From: the human T2T-CHM13v2.0 reference genome, Homo sapiens
Length of the DNA: 64,000 bases
Direction: 5' to 3' (one strand)
Assembly: GCF_009914755.1 (NCBI RefSeq)
Contig: NC_060926.1
The notes below the pieces were generated by a model, which did not search any database, was not told where the DNA came from, and worked only from the letters and a program-made list of their open reading frames with translations. Numbering within the stretch: position 1 is the stretch's first letter; each line of letters opens with the position of its first letter. A program made the position numbers and the translations under genes. This document shows, one piece after another, positions 28,636 through 43,280 of this stretch.

Positions 28636-29959
28636 GATTTTTATTCCCAAATGATCCTTTTCCAATGGGTCCCAAGCTTCAGTCTATATCTTAGTTTGAC
28701 TAGAGATGTGATAGAACCATATTCAGGAGAATTACCAAGGAAACACCTGTCACCTTTCTATTACCCCAGGTGTAGCTCCTAAAATTCCATCACTTGAACA
28801 AGTGTAAACAGAGAATATATTTGGACATTAAACATAGTGTTACTATTAGCAGAAACAACATCTAACACCTTTCTGCAAGTGTTCCATGTTCTGTCTCAGG
28901 AGCCAGTTGGGATATGGGATTCTGGCCCATCTAAAACCCAGAATTCCCAAACGCCTGTTCTGAATGTCTCCAACCACCAGGATCACCAATCCACTTTGGC
29001 CCTCTACCAACTACAGATTTTCTCACTCCTCCTAATGATTGCGTACTCTTGATTTAAGAGAAGCAGTTCTCCTTTAATCCAAGCCAAGTTAGAGAAAGCA
29101 TGAAAGAAACATTCACTTCTCTTCCCAACTTGGCTGTCAGGTTTTTGGGAGTTGGCCAGGAGGAAAGATGGTCCCACGAGGAACTGCAAAACCAAGTGTC
29201 AACTGCCTGGATGCCGCAGGCCATACACACTTCTGGGGTAATGCTTTTCTCTAACATTCAAGTGAAGTGGCAGGAACCCCCATCCCACATTTGGTGGAAG
29301 CCAGCATGTCTCTTCCCACAAAGTTTGCTGGAACTCTTGAGGACCTTCCCGTTCTCCTAGTCTCCTCTTGCTCAGATTTCTCCATTCCTCTGCACTCCTG
29401 AGTGAACCCCGTGTCTTTCCTTCTAAGACTGCTGTGTTCCTCATATTGCTTTGTCCCATGTTGGATGCTGCCCCAATTCCTTAGCTTTCTCCAAAGCACC
29501 ATCCACACAAGGCTGGGCTGTGCAGCAGTGTTTGGAGCAAGCAAGGGGTTGTCTGCAGTACAGCTCAACACAGGGACAACAGATGCCATTGATGAGAAAG
29601 CCCATCCATTATTCCTGCCCTGGGGACTGTCCTGCTGACTGTATTACCCCTTAGGCCCATCCTGATGCTGTTTTCTCAGGTCCCTTCTTCTCTCTCCAGG
29701 TCCTTCTCCCTTCTCTAAGAGCCAGTCTTCTCCCCCAAATCCTGATTTCTTTCTTGTGCATAGAATCTGGCTCTCCATAACCTTATGTCCCACTAAACTC
29801 AGGTCTACCTTTGCAGACCGACCAGCCCACCAAAGTGCTTTGCTGGGCAGAGGCTCCACAAATGCTTCTGCCCTTAAATTGCATAAAGATCTGACAGCAG
29901 CCTTGAAATTCATACATGGGACATTTGTTTTCCCCAGTCTCTGTAAGAGGGAGGAAGAC

Positions 29960-30637
29960 TGTATATCTGCTAGGATAGAACATAGGTGTGGCTCAGAGTC
30001 ACACAGACCCAAAATGACAGTGGCTTACATGAAGTGGAATTTTTATTTCTCTCACGCATAGATGTCTGAGCTGGAATTAGGGCACAGCTTCATGAAAGCA
30101 TCCTCCGGGACCCAGTTTCCTTTTATGTTATTGCCGTACCCTCCCTAAGGTGTTGTCTTCATGATTCCAGATGTTTCACGGCCACACCCTGGGCCAGCGA
30201 GCAGGAGGGAGTAAAAGGCAATGCGGAGGGCATGCCCTTCCCTCGAGGGCATAGCCTGGAAGTTGCCTATATCACCCCCCTCGCATCCACTGGTCAAAAC
30301 TTAATCACATGACTGCAATACAGGCTGTGAATTAGAGGCTTCAATTCAGGGGACCATGGATCAAGCTAAAAATCAGATCTACCATAGAACTGTACTGTCC
30401 AATAGAGTAGCCACTAGGACATATGGCCATTTACATTTGAATGAATTAAATGAAATTTAAAATTCAGTTCTTCAGTCAGCCTAGCCCCATTTTAAGTGCT
30501 CAATAGCCACATGTGGCTCATGATGACCACATTGGACATTATAGACATGGAACATTTTAATCTCAGAAAGTTTTACTGGGCAGTGCTGCTAAAGAAAAAG
30601 CATGAAATACTAGGTGCAATTGGCGGTCATTGTCACA
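29960..30637 (-). mobile_element. MLT1 (J/K/L-like) LTR interrupted by MER3
   Basis: 'cccaaaatgacagtggctta...ttatttctctcac', 'ggtcaaaacttaatcacatgac'. Confidence 0.65.
30390..30588. mobile_element. MER3 (hAT-Charlie)
   Basis: 'ctgtccaatagagtagccactag...aagtgctcaatagccacatgtggct...gggcagtgctg'; 8-bp TSD ccatagaa/ctaaagaa. Confidence 0.85.
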
Positions 30638-31509
30638 GGCACTATAAAGGTTTATTCCTCCTCTTTTAAGAGTAAGTCTCTTGGAGTTGAGAATTTTTCC
30701 AGCCCAACAGTGTGACCTTGTGCAGCAGTTGCTCTCTTGAGTGTACCCTGCAGCTGCTCACCAGGCAGTGATCATGATTGAAGGGTATAGCACACACCTG
30801 GCACATACTAGAGAGTCAATAAATGTTGGCTCCCTCTCCCCGTGCCACCACCCCCCATACACACTCACAGCCTCCCTCCCCTTTATGGAACTTACAGAGT
30901 CCTCTGTCTCACCCTGAAGGTGAGACATTATTAATCCCCGCCCCCGCCCCCCCAACATCGCATCGCAGCAGAGAAACTGGGAGACTCAACCTTTCCAAGG
31001 TGAGGGAGTGAGGTGTATGCTGAGGTGGGATTTCAGCATGGTAAGTGTCTGCTTTGATACAGTGGGAAGCCTGACAGTGACAAATGACCACCTTTCATGC
31101 CTTTTTAAGAATTTGGGGAAAGAAAAGGATCACATATGCTTGCACAAGAAAGGGAGGCTTGTTCTCTCCAGTGAAGCCAGCTCTCAGCCTGGAGTCATGT
31201 TAGTCTGGGACAGTGTTTGCTTAGGATCTCATGGGCCACCAGAGAACCCATACCAAATATTTTCTTCTAAAGAACTGCTGGATCCTGGGAGCTGGATCAC
31301 TTTGTCTCCTTGACTTTCAGGTGCTCTGTGACTTTAGGCCTCCTCTCTGGTGACCAGAAAGCTATATCCTGTAACATTCTAGAGCCCCTAGATGGTGGTA
31401 GGAGAAGGCAACAAAGTGAGGGAAGAGACCAGGAGGCTCAATATGAGTCCCTCTCACATCAAAGAGTCTGTATTTGGGCTCTTGAGCAAGAGGGGAAAAG
31501 CATGAAGTT

Positions 31510-31665
31510 GCTAATTCTTAAACTGTGTGAAGACACACACCTGTTTGAGGATTTGAAAGAAGCTATAGACTGTCTCCCCCTTCTGAAAAAATGCAGATAC
31601 ATGCCAAGATATAAAAACATCTTAAAAGGCTCAAGGACTCACTTAAATTATGTTACCTTGGCTTG
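31510..31665. mobile_element. MER117-like hAT fragment
   Basis: 'tttgaggatttgaaagaagctatagactgtctcccc'. Confidence 0.5.
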
Positions 31666-32328
31666 GAATCCCAAATAATCACTATGATTTTGTTAAGTTT
31701 TATAAGGTTTTATAAAGTTTATACATTATCAGGCTTGAAATCCTCCAGGGCCCTAAGCCCATAAAGGGACAGCTGTGGGTAGAGCTCAGTCATAAAGAAA
31801 TATCACAGCATTTAGGTTCCATTTTGATTTTTTGGACTCTGGGGATGTAAGAAACACCTCCTGTAGGATAACTCCCCAGGGACGAAGGCAGCCACATTCA
31901 TCTAATAACTGAAGGTTCAAAAATCACCCAGGAGCAAAAATTACTCAGATCTGAAGATAGAGAAATTAAAATGCATGAGAAATGAGACTACATGAAGCTC
32001 AACTTTCGAGTGAGAAAATAAAATTCCTGATCTGAAATCTCTTAGGGGAGGAGAGGAGAAGTCTTTGCTATATTATGAGAGCAAAAGATCATTACATGGT
32101 TGATGAGGGGCATCCCGAGGTCCCTTGGCTCAAGTGCAGAGAATGAAGTGTGAGTAAAGGGTGGAGTGAAGCATAGGGCAGGCCACAAATGCAGTGACTA
32201 TATTATGATGTGTGCTTTGTCACTTGGCCTGTCATCAATGACACTTTTAGCTCTTCCTGCTTTTCTAAATCTGTAGCTCCTGGGGCAGCTGGTGTTCAAA
32301 GCCTTATAGAAACTCTGTTCCCCTAAAT

Positions 32329-32489
32329 CAGTGGTTCTCATCCTTGTTTGCACATTAGAACCACCTGGAGACTTAAAATACTACCGTCTGCACATCACCA
32401 TTTGATTGGTCTGTAGTGGGATCCAGGAATCCCTTGCAACAAAAGCTTCCCAGATGATTCTAATGCACAGCTATGGCTGAGAACCACTC
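32329..32489. mobile_element. MER5A1
   Basis: TIRs 'cagtggttctca' and 'tgagaaccact'; internal 'gattggtctgtagtggg'. Confidence 0.8.
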
Positions 32490-33108
32490 CTTTACTGTTG
32501 TTAGAAATTATTGCAGGTATTCCGAGGATCTGTAGAGAATTTAGGTAGTTAATAATCAGAGAAAAGCTGAAAGGACTGTTTTTTTTAACAAACATGACAA
32601 CCTTAGAGTTAGGAAAGCTGCATTGTCAAACAAGGTTGGCCAGGAAAATGGGTTTGTGGGTCTGGCATTTGTCCTCTTTTCATTCATTAAATAACAGAGC
32701 CTGATCGGCTTCAGTAATGAATGTGAACTTCTGTTAAATACTTAATAAGATGAGAGTTTCCAGAGAGAAGTAATCAAGAATGAGTTTAATACTATTCCAA
32801 TTAGGTGCAGATTAAACAGTGTGCCACATAAAAATTCAAAGCCAACGGAGCTAAAGAAGAACTTGGAAGTTGCTTGTGGTTAGGATGGGAGTTGCTGACG
32901 GCAGGAGGGTCAACACTGTCAGCCACCACATTGCTCAGCAATAAGACCTGGTGATTATGCGCTTTGATAGGGTTAGGTACTAATCCAATGATGTGTGAGT
33001 TAGCTGTCACCCTTCTTCCAACTATATTATTCTTGTTTTTAGGAAGCAGAGGTAAGGGTGACATTGGCGACTTTTCAGTCACATTCACAGAGCAGTCCGT
33101 GAGATGGA

Positions 33109-33830
<722 letters not shown>

Positions 33831-34429
33831 AGCGTCTTCCACAGTGGATAAATCCATTCATCCACCCATCCATCTGCCCATCCATCAGAATAATTATCAA
33901 GTGGCAGACACATTTTGGAATTATGGCTGGTCACATGTTCACCAAAACTCTTACAGATTTCTATACAGTGGACCAGCCCACTATATTTCTTTAAATCTGT
34001 CTGCCAATCAATCTCCCAGCCCATCCAATCTTTCTTTGAATCTAGGAGGTAACATTTTATTCAACTCTCAAAATTTATTATGCTTAAAATGACCTCCTTT
34101 CATCCCCCAACACCACTGCAATGCTAAAATCTCAAGTATAGGTTAGCAGGTAGGTTCCCATTGGGTCTAGCCTACCAGGGGTAAAGAGAGAAAAATTGCT
34201 TGAATGTGGTAAGATTCACGATAAAGGGAATGAAGTCACCTGACCCAGTCAGGGTTGGGTCTCCCGACACTTTTGCCATTAACTACTCTGCTTCTGTCAG
34301 CAAAGCCCTTGGCTGTGTTCTCCAGACCCAGCCCAAAGCATGCATTCTTTAACAGCTATTTGATCCTTATTTCTAATAATCAAAGAGATTCTTACCAGTG
34401 AGGAGCCAGAGTTGGGCCAGAGTCTAGGT

Positions 34430-34800
34430 TGTTATGGTTTGAATGTGTGTTCCCTCCCAAACTCATGTTGAAATTTAATTGCCATTGTGACAGTATTAAG
34501 AAGTGCTGAGGCTATGAGGGCTATGCCCTCATGCATGGATTAATGCCATTATCATGGGAGTGGATTCATTATTGTGGGAATGGGTTCCTTATAAAAGGAC
34601 AAGTTTAGCCCCTTTTGTCTCTCTCTCGCCGTCTCTTTGCCCTTCTGCCATGGGGTGACTTAGCAAGAAAGCCCCCACCAGATGTGATCCCCCTGATCTT
34701 GGACTTCCCAGCCTCTAGAGCTGGAGAAAGAAAGTTCCCTTCATTATAAGTTACCCAGTCTGTGGAATTCTGTTATAGTGGCACAAAGCAAACTAAGACA
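34430..34800 (+). mobile_element. MST-family (MSTC-like) MaLR solo LTR
   Basis: TG...CA ends 'tgttatggtttgaatg' and 'aactaagaca'; 5-bp TSD taggt/taggc. Confidence 0.85.
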
Positions 34801-35694
34801 TAGGCTCACAGCAGAGAGAGAGGTGAGGAATTGTCTCAGATAGGTAGGTGAAATTCAAATGCAATCACTTTATGTGGGAATTGTTTGACACAGCCCAAAA
34901 CAAACCACCAACCTACTAGACCTTAGGGTTTTAAAAAGTAATACTGTGCAAAACCAAATAATCTCACCCCATCCCTGGCCTTTATGCAGAGTGGAATTTG
35001 GGGTGAAGCAGGTGTCAGAAGGGCTGCCACCTAGAACCAGGGCTCCTGGATTTGCTCTCCTTGTTTATGTCAGGGAGGGCTGTCAAGCAGCCCAGCAAGG
35101 CATTTGCCTCTTTTCTGAGAATTCACTCTGCCTCTCACTTTCTTCACTAGATCCCTTAAAGTTAACAACACATTGCAGTGTCCGGTGCAGAAAGGATATT
35201 TGAACCATGACATTATCTCTTTTTCTCAACTTAGGAATGCCAAGAGAAACTTCAAATAAATTTCTAGTGCTTCTTGAAATACTTTCAATAGACATACATT
35301 AAATACTTTATACTTCCTTCTAAATTATGATTTTTAGAGACAGAACTAATGTTACCTTAGAGTCTTGCCCAGTTCTGACAGACTAAAAATTATATGGCCT
35401 TTTCTGACTACAAAAATAATTCCACCTCATAAAAATTCAAACCCAACAGAGACAAAGGAGACTGTGGTATAGGAGTCTCTCGTGGCCAGGGTAGGGGATG
35501 TGGACAGCACAAAGTTGGGAATGTCAGCCGTGCACGTTACATGGTAATAAAACCTAGTGACGTTGCACTTTGACGGGAGCACAGATGTCAAAATGGCTTC
35601 ATCACCCTGGCCTCCTCCAAACGTCCTGCCTCCTGGGAATTGGGAGGTGGAGGCAGCTGGGCTCCTGGCTTGTCCCATTACAAATAACATGCAA

Positions 35695-36170
35695 TATCAT
35701 TCAACAAACGCTCACTGAGTGCCAAGCAGTGAGAAGACATGATGAGCAGGGCAGACCCCATGATGCCTGCTCTCCAGAAACTCTCTTCTGTGTTAAGAGG
35801 AGATGGAACTAAATTTTTAAAAACTCACTCCTCCATGTAGAGCTGTAATCAGAGACGAGATCCCCCAAAGAAGGGATCCCAGCTCTAAGAGAGCACGTAG
35901 CAAAGGACTCTGCCCTAGACTGGGGGCTGACAAGACTTCCCTGTGCCGTCAGAAGGAGGAGGCATTAACTAGAAGGGGAGGGCAGTGGGGTTTGAGGCTA
36001 TGGGCATTCCAGAAGGCAGGAGGCATAAGTGCAAGGGCTTGTGGTACCAGGGGATCTCTGCAGATCTGGAGACTGAAGGAAGACTTGTTGGCTAGGGAGC
36101 AGAGAGTGGTGGATAATGCGGTCAGATCAGGCAGGGCTTGTCAGCCAGGCTAAGGGGCTTGCTAGCTGAG
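35695..36170 (-). mobile_element. L2
   Basis: 'tcattcaacaaacgctcactgagtgcc', 'gcattccagaaggcagg', 'cagatcaggcagggcttg'. Confidence 0.6.
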
Positions 36171-37679
36171 CAGAATGCTAAGCAGGGGTTTGCATGTGGG
36201 TGAGGCAGGGGGTGGTTGCAGTGGAGGGTGGATTGGGTGGGGGATTGTTGATGGGCATAACCCCAGTCGGTGGGCCAGTGCAGTTATCCTAGCAAGAGCG
36301 GGCAGAGGATGCCGGGGGCTGGCAGACAACCAGGGTGTTTGCTACAAACGGAGCATTACCTTTGTGGCTACTGGCTTCCAGGATGCCAGTCCACTGTGCC
36401 AGCAGAACAGTATCTGCTCCCCTGAGGGAGCTTCCTGGGAACATGCACATCCTTATTCAGTAGGTCTCAGGAGGGCTCAGGAATAGGAAGTTTAAAAGCT
36501 TCTCCAGGCAGGCATCTGCATTTTTTTCCATTTTCTCTACAAAGGTTTGCTCTGAAAGAGGGTGTTAAACCCTGGACCAAGCACTAGGTGTTAATTCGGT
36601 TCTACCACCTTCATCAGATGGTGTCAGCTCACAAGTCTCAGTCCCACCAGCTGCAAAATGGGGGTGGTCATTTCTTTCTGTGCCTCATGGGGTTGTTCTG
36701 AGAATCTAATGAATTTGAAAGCATAACACAAATACCTGATGTTCTTGCTCTGCAAACAATAGTTTTTAATGTGGAAAGACATTCTGATTTTATTACTTAG
36801 TATTTTGGTGCTCTTTTCTCTAGGCTATGCAGGACAAGTGAGGGCTGTTTAAACAACAGTGGTGCTTGCTCCAGAGTCCTCCTGCTTCACTGAGGAAGGG
36901 GTGCTGCTCCTTCCCCTGGGTCCTGAGTGGCTTCCCCTCATTCCCAGCCACAGATGCCGCTTCCCTCCCACTGGCTCATGAGGTTGTTGCTGCTGCAGCC
37001 TGCACTACCGGTTCCCCTGCCTTTGGCCACACATCACCTAACGTTTGCTCTGCTCCAGACACTGACTGAAACTCTTTATACATGTTATCAAAATTATCAC
37101 CTCCCCTTAAGAGATAAGGAAACTGAGCCTTAAAGCAGTGCTCACATGGCCAGGAAAGTGGGGAGCTGCTACCTGAACCCATTAACCACTCTATAATACC
37201 ATTGTTTGCAGGAAGGAGGGTTTCCTTCCTTGATGGAGTGTGATCCCCAGAGCTAAGGGGTGGCCTTTATTCCCACTTATCTACCCTCTTATTCTTTGTG
37301 TCCTAGAGGTCCAACCATTAGGCTCAAACTTCTCTTTTACTCTTTCTTCCAGAGAAACGAGGAACCATCGAGCAAAGGGGACATCTGGAGTGGCAGAGAA
37401 ACAAGGAACCATCAAGCAAAGGGGGCATCTGGGGTGAGTGTATAGATCCAGCCCTGACCCTCATTAACTAGTGGAGATGCTCATAAGATTGTGGGCTTCT
37501 TGAGGGCAAGGGTGCCCTCTTATTCATCTTTGTGTGAATGGCACAAAGTCGGTGTTGGGTAATGTCTGTTGATTGCTGAAGCGCTGGCAAGATGCCTAAG
37601 GGAAGAGAAGCATTGATTAATCTAGTGGTGTCTTCTCACACCCTGCTTTGATTGGAGGCAATGGCAATGTTAACCTCAA

Positions 37680-38045
37680 AATGTGTGTGGTGCTTTACGG
37701 TGTACACAATGCATCAGTCTACAATTGCGAGATGATTTTTATCCCCATTAGAAGGAAAATAAAGCAGAGGTGCAGGGAAGTTAAGTGACTTGCAATGCTA
37801 TGGATTGATTTGAAAGCACTGGCACTGGAGTCAGTCAGATGAGTTTGAGTCCTAACTCTGCCTTGAACTAAGTAGTTACCATGTGGCTATGTGGCAATAA
37901 GCTAGGTCCTTACACCCTAGAAACTCTACTTTCCTCATGGATAAAATCAAGATGAAGACGGCACCATTTACATAGGATTATCTTGAGGATTAAATGAGAT
38001 TATGCATATAAAGTGTCAGGCACATAGTAAGTGCTCAGTAAATAC
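37680..38045. mobile_element. Two adjacent MIRs (minus, then plus)
   Basis: 'agggaagttaagtgacttgc'; then 'tttcctcatggataaaat...ttgaggattaaatgagat...cacatagtaagtgctcagtaaat'. Confidence 0.75.
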
Positions 38046-40434
38046 TGGCATTTGCTAGTGGTCATAGAGCTGGGGCTCTGGTTGTCTGACTTCAGTCAAA
38101 TATTCTTTGACCCAGATTTGAAGCCTGTGATCAGCACATTTATATTGAACAAATGCACGGCAGAATATTGAGAAGGAATTTATGACAATATTTACATAAA
38201 GAGTTGGCATTTGCATTGATGAAACCAAAAACAGAGCCCTAAGAACTGACCAGTGAGAAAAACCATGGATGTCTCTGAGGAATTTGATATAACTATATAA
38301 CTATAATGTTCAGCACAGTGACCTTGGCTTGGAGTCACCAATTGATTTCAATTGTTGTTTGAGTTATCACTGGAGAATGGAATATCATTCATTTGTTTAA
38401 CAAACACTTCTTGGGCACCCGCTGTGTGCCAGCCACTGTGCTGTGAGTCAGGATGTAATGGAGAGCAGAAGAGGCAGAGCCTGCGGCTGCACGAAGTCCC
38501 CAGTCAGGTAGGAACACTGGAGGGGCTGCTCTCAGCCTTGAGAATCTCAGCAGCCAAGGAGCCACGCCCCTGGTGGGTCGGGGGACCACTCAGACGGGTG
38601 GTGACCAGGCTCTGTTATGATTTATTTTCTCTTAATGGTAAAGTTGTGAGCAAGTCTCAACTCTCATTTCTTCTTAGAGAAAATATAGGCAAGAAGTGGT
38701 CACAGAAATAAAGCTGGAGAGGAGAGTCCTTTTTTTGGGTAGGGTCCTAGGATCCATGAAAACGTCTCCAGATGGCAGATCGTCTGGAGGGAGAATCCCA
38801 TGGCTTATCCTCATCTAATCGGATCATCTATCTTCTTAAATGCTATCCCAAAGGATATGTGTCTTGGCTGGGTGAGACAGTGGAGGAAACCCCTTTGATT
38901 TTCTTGATGAGACTTCTCTTCCTTCAATGTAGATTCACAGAGAAATGATGGTTTAATAGAGAGATCTAAATTATCCAAAATTAACAACTTGACGTTGATG
39001 GTGTTAGCCTCATAACTACTGATACAGAGACAACCAGAGCTAAAGCATTGGCTTTTAGGCCCCCTTTCTAGGACAATATGCTTATTTCCAAAGGAAATGC
39101 ATTCTCCCATCCAGGTCATATCTTCTGGCTGTCCCAAAGCCAACACTGGAGCTGGTAGAAGGGACTGAGGTATGATTTGTGTCATGCCTTTTTATTTGTC
39201 AGACCAGCAAATGCCATACTTGACTCATAGAGTCAGCTTGGGGATTAAATGAGATCATATATGTAAAACAGCAGAGTGCCTAACTTGTGACAAAGACTTA
39301 ACATTTGCTAACCATTTGGAATGGATGTCTGGTTTGGGTCTGTCTAGCACTCCTATCTCCTTTGGAGAACAGTCCCCCTTCTATTCCACACTGCCTTGGT
39401 GGGCATGGTACCCTTTCTCCTGAATGCAGCAAGAGAGAGTTAGGCCCACATACAAGGACATGCAGAGATGAGAACGGGATAGACAGAGAGAGAGTCCTGG
39501 CATGTGTGAGACCAGACATGGTTCCTAAATCCCAGATTCCTATAGCTTCTTTTTCAATTCTGAGTCACCTTGGGCCAAGCCACAGAGGTGAGCAAAGAGT
39601 TCCCATTTTACTTAAGCAGCCTGAGTTGAGGTTCCATAATTTGCCATTGGTCCCATGAGGATGTGAGGCCGTGATGCCGTAAGTCCACGTGGCAGGAGAA
39701 CTGGGTGGACAGTAACCTTTTAGATGCCCACAACTGAGAAGTGAGAATGTTCTCAGAGCACCCCTGGGTCTTAGTCACTGACATTTAAACAGGCTGCAAA
39801 ACATCTTTCACCTGCCTCTTACATGCCCTCTGTGAGTTACATATTGTGGCTTACCACCGAAAGTAACACCTCCCTTCTGAGTCTCAAAGACAGCAAGGCA
39901 AGCTGAGAACTTGGAGCTGTGTATTAGTGAGAGGAACCTCCCACTGGTTTAGATCAGGGAGGACATCCCGTGGTCTGCTCAGGTCAGTCATGCCCCAGGC
40001 CAGCAGCTGGAAGGACAGCAGAGTGGGCTCAGTGAGCAGTGAATATAACCCAGAAAATAGATGTTCATCTCAAGGGCAGTCTCTGGGCGTCATGCATCTT
40101 TGGACCCCCAGGGCTGAGTGCTGCATCAAGGAGTCTGAAGTTCTTTAAGGTCCCAGTGAATGGAACGGAATCTGCCCCAGCTGGTAGCGTGTCCCCGGCT
40201 GCACTAAATGAGATTCTGTGGGGTACGGGGAAAGGCATGAGAACTTTAGGCCCCTGAGATCAGGGAGACACAGCCAAATAGCTCAGATACAAAGTGTCTT
40301 GGCAGGCACAGAGGGGTGTAGCAGTGAGGTGAGTGGGCGGGGAGGGGGTGCATTTTTTGCTAGTGTGCCCAGTTTTGTTGACAAAAACGGTAGCATCTGA
40401 GCAGGACCTTGACCAGCTGGTGGGATGCAGGGTG

Positions 40435-40510
40435 AGTGATATGCGCAAGATGTGGTCCTGGGCCAGCACCATCAGCATCGTCTGGGAACTTGTTAGAAAG
40501 GCAGAGTCTT
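40435..40510. mobile_element. MER5A 5' fragment
   Basis: 'tgtggtcctgggccagcaccatcagcatcgtctgggaacttgttagaaaggcagagtct'. Confidence 0.8.
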
Positions 40511-40897
<387 letters not shown>

Positions 40898-43069
40898 TCA
40901 TTTATTCACTCAGCTAATATTTACCAAGCACCTACCACGTGCCAGGCCCTACACTGGGCACCAAGATCCAACAGTCAACGTGCCCACATTAGCTAAGGGC
41001 AACTTTTAAGCAAGGGCTTATTCAGAGACAAGATTGCTATTGTCTGTCTTTTCCATCTGATTTGCGAATGGAACATACACCTGCTGTGCTCTCCAGAAAC
41101 AACTCTGCTGCTTGTCTCTGACAGAAGCGCTTCAGTTGAGCATTTATGGAAGTTTCTAACAGTGGTGATGTGAATGGATGACAGAAAGCAGGCGCGTGCG
41201 CACACGCAGTTTTGAAAGGCTGGGGGCCAGTGGGAGAACGCATTTTCTTTCAGGTCTGTGCTGCCTGCCAGGGAGCTGCTGTTCTCGTGCGGCATCTTAA
41301 GATGGCCCTGGCAGCCTTTGGCTTTTGCCTTGTGAGGGTCAATGGGCTTCAGGTGTTTCTGTGTTGATCTAACAGTTTCAGGAAGCCGTGGGCCGGGAGG
41401 GTGGGGGTGAGCGAGGGGAGGAGTGGGGAAGGGAAGGAGGAAGGCTGTGGGTAGCTTCTCTTCTGTTCTCACATGACAGCTCTGATGAAATTAGAGTGTG
41501 ATCTCAAAGACAAGCTGGTCTTTTCATCTGAATTAAATGAAATAGGCCAATATGCTCTTCTAGAAGATCAAACATACCCAGGACAATGTTCAATCCTCTT
41601 TCTTTGTCCCACTTTGGGACAAAAACCAAACTGGGGAAAAGAACGGGGAGGCTGGAGCGCCTGCTGGGGCCCCTTCTCTGCCCACACGGCTCCTCTTGGG
41701 TTCTGGGCAGGCTGAGCTTAGCGGGCATTGCCCTCTGCTGGGGCATATCAGGAGAAATGAGCTAAGGCCAGGGGTGGTCCTATCAGGTGGCAGAGGACAG
41801 GATTTGGACGAGTCGCAGGGCTATTACTGATGGAGATTTAGCACTCTGGCCTCTGAGAAAACAGCCAGGTTTCTGATCTGCCCAAGCCCTCTGTCTCTCC
41901 TGTCAGGGGCCTTCTCAGCACCCCCTAAACATTCCAATTCCTCTCCTACTCCAGTCTATTCCCTTCTTTCTCTGAATGGTCCATAGCTTATCCCAGGTCT
42001 GTGGGCAGAGGGGAAAGAAACAGAAGGGAGAGCTGAGAAATCTCTCCCGCCCAGCACAGTCGGTATCACAAGCTCTGTGTCCGGTTTCCTTGTCCTATAT
42101 TTGGTAACACGACAGTGGCCTTTCTGACTGATGCGAGCCCCTGTTCTCTTCACTCCCTGGGGATTGCTGATAGGAGGCCAGCATTTCAGTAGGCAGCGCA
42201 TCATCAGCCCTACCACGGATCTTATTTTAAACTAATTACATTACTGAAGGGTGGGTAGGAGGGAGGAGAAGGGGTAATTATAACCGGGGAATTTTTTTTT
42301 AAAGGCCTAGTTTCAAAAATCTCAGACTTAATTTAGTAAATTTCAATTACAGAGAGTTACTAAGCTGAAGATCATTTGCATTACATCCTTAATTACTACT
42401 TCATTTGTATCTGAGATCATCAATAGAGATTCTTGGGAATGTGTACTTGGAATAAGTGATTGATCCTAATGAGGCCTTTGTTCCTCCCAAGCCTCACTTA
42501 GGAAGCTATTTCTTCCCTCTTGCAGAGGCACAGAGTTTGCCAAGCCAGGTGGAGACACCCTAAACTAGAAATGGAGCCTGAGGTTTTCAAACTGGTTTTG
42601 CCAGAGGCTGCAAGACTCTAAGCTCTGTCCTGATGTTCCCCAACAGGCATTAATTGCTCTCCCCTGAATGCATTAGCACTGCCAGACTATTACGGATGAT
42701 TAGCCTCCGTGCCCAGCTACAAACGTCCATCTTTCTTAGTTGGTAGCAGAGGAAATAGCCTTTTAGGACCTTCTCCTTGCACAGGATGGATGCCGTCCTG
42801 GACCTTCCTGCTTCTGCGTTTCCCGCCACCTTTAAAGAAAGTGCATCCAGCAGTCCTGGCCACTGGGTCTTTATTGGAAAAGCTGTTTTCCAAGATGATT
42901 TAACTCTGAAAAAAAAAATGAAAAGCCCACAAGAACTGAAGACCCTGTGTGCATGTGTGTGAGTCTGTATTAAGACCCCTTTTATAGGAGACAGACTCCT
43001 TTTGGGGAAGAGGGAGAGGTAGGGAAAGGACGAAGTGAGTAAAGGCACTCTCAGCTAAATCCTGCATGC

Positions 43070-43280
43070 CCATAGTTCCTTCATTGTATGGTACCTCACA
43101 CCCTTACAGGGCTTTACCGAGCGCTTGTTCATCTGTTAGCTTACAGGTAAGAGAATCATTGTCCTCATTCTCTGAGTGAAGAAACTGATGCTCACAGTAG
43201 TTAAGTGACTTTGCCCAAAATTACTGAGCTGAGGAGTGACAGAATGGGGACTGAAGTCCCAGTCTCTTAATTCTGTGCTC
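43070..43280 (-). mobile_element. MIR
   Basis: 'gaagaaactgatgctcacagtagttaagtgactttgcccaa'. Confidence 0.65.
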
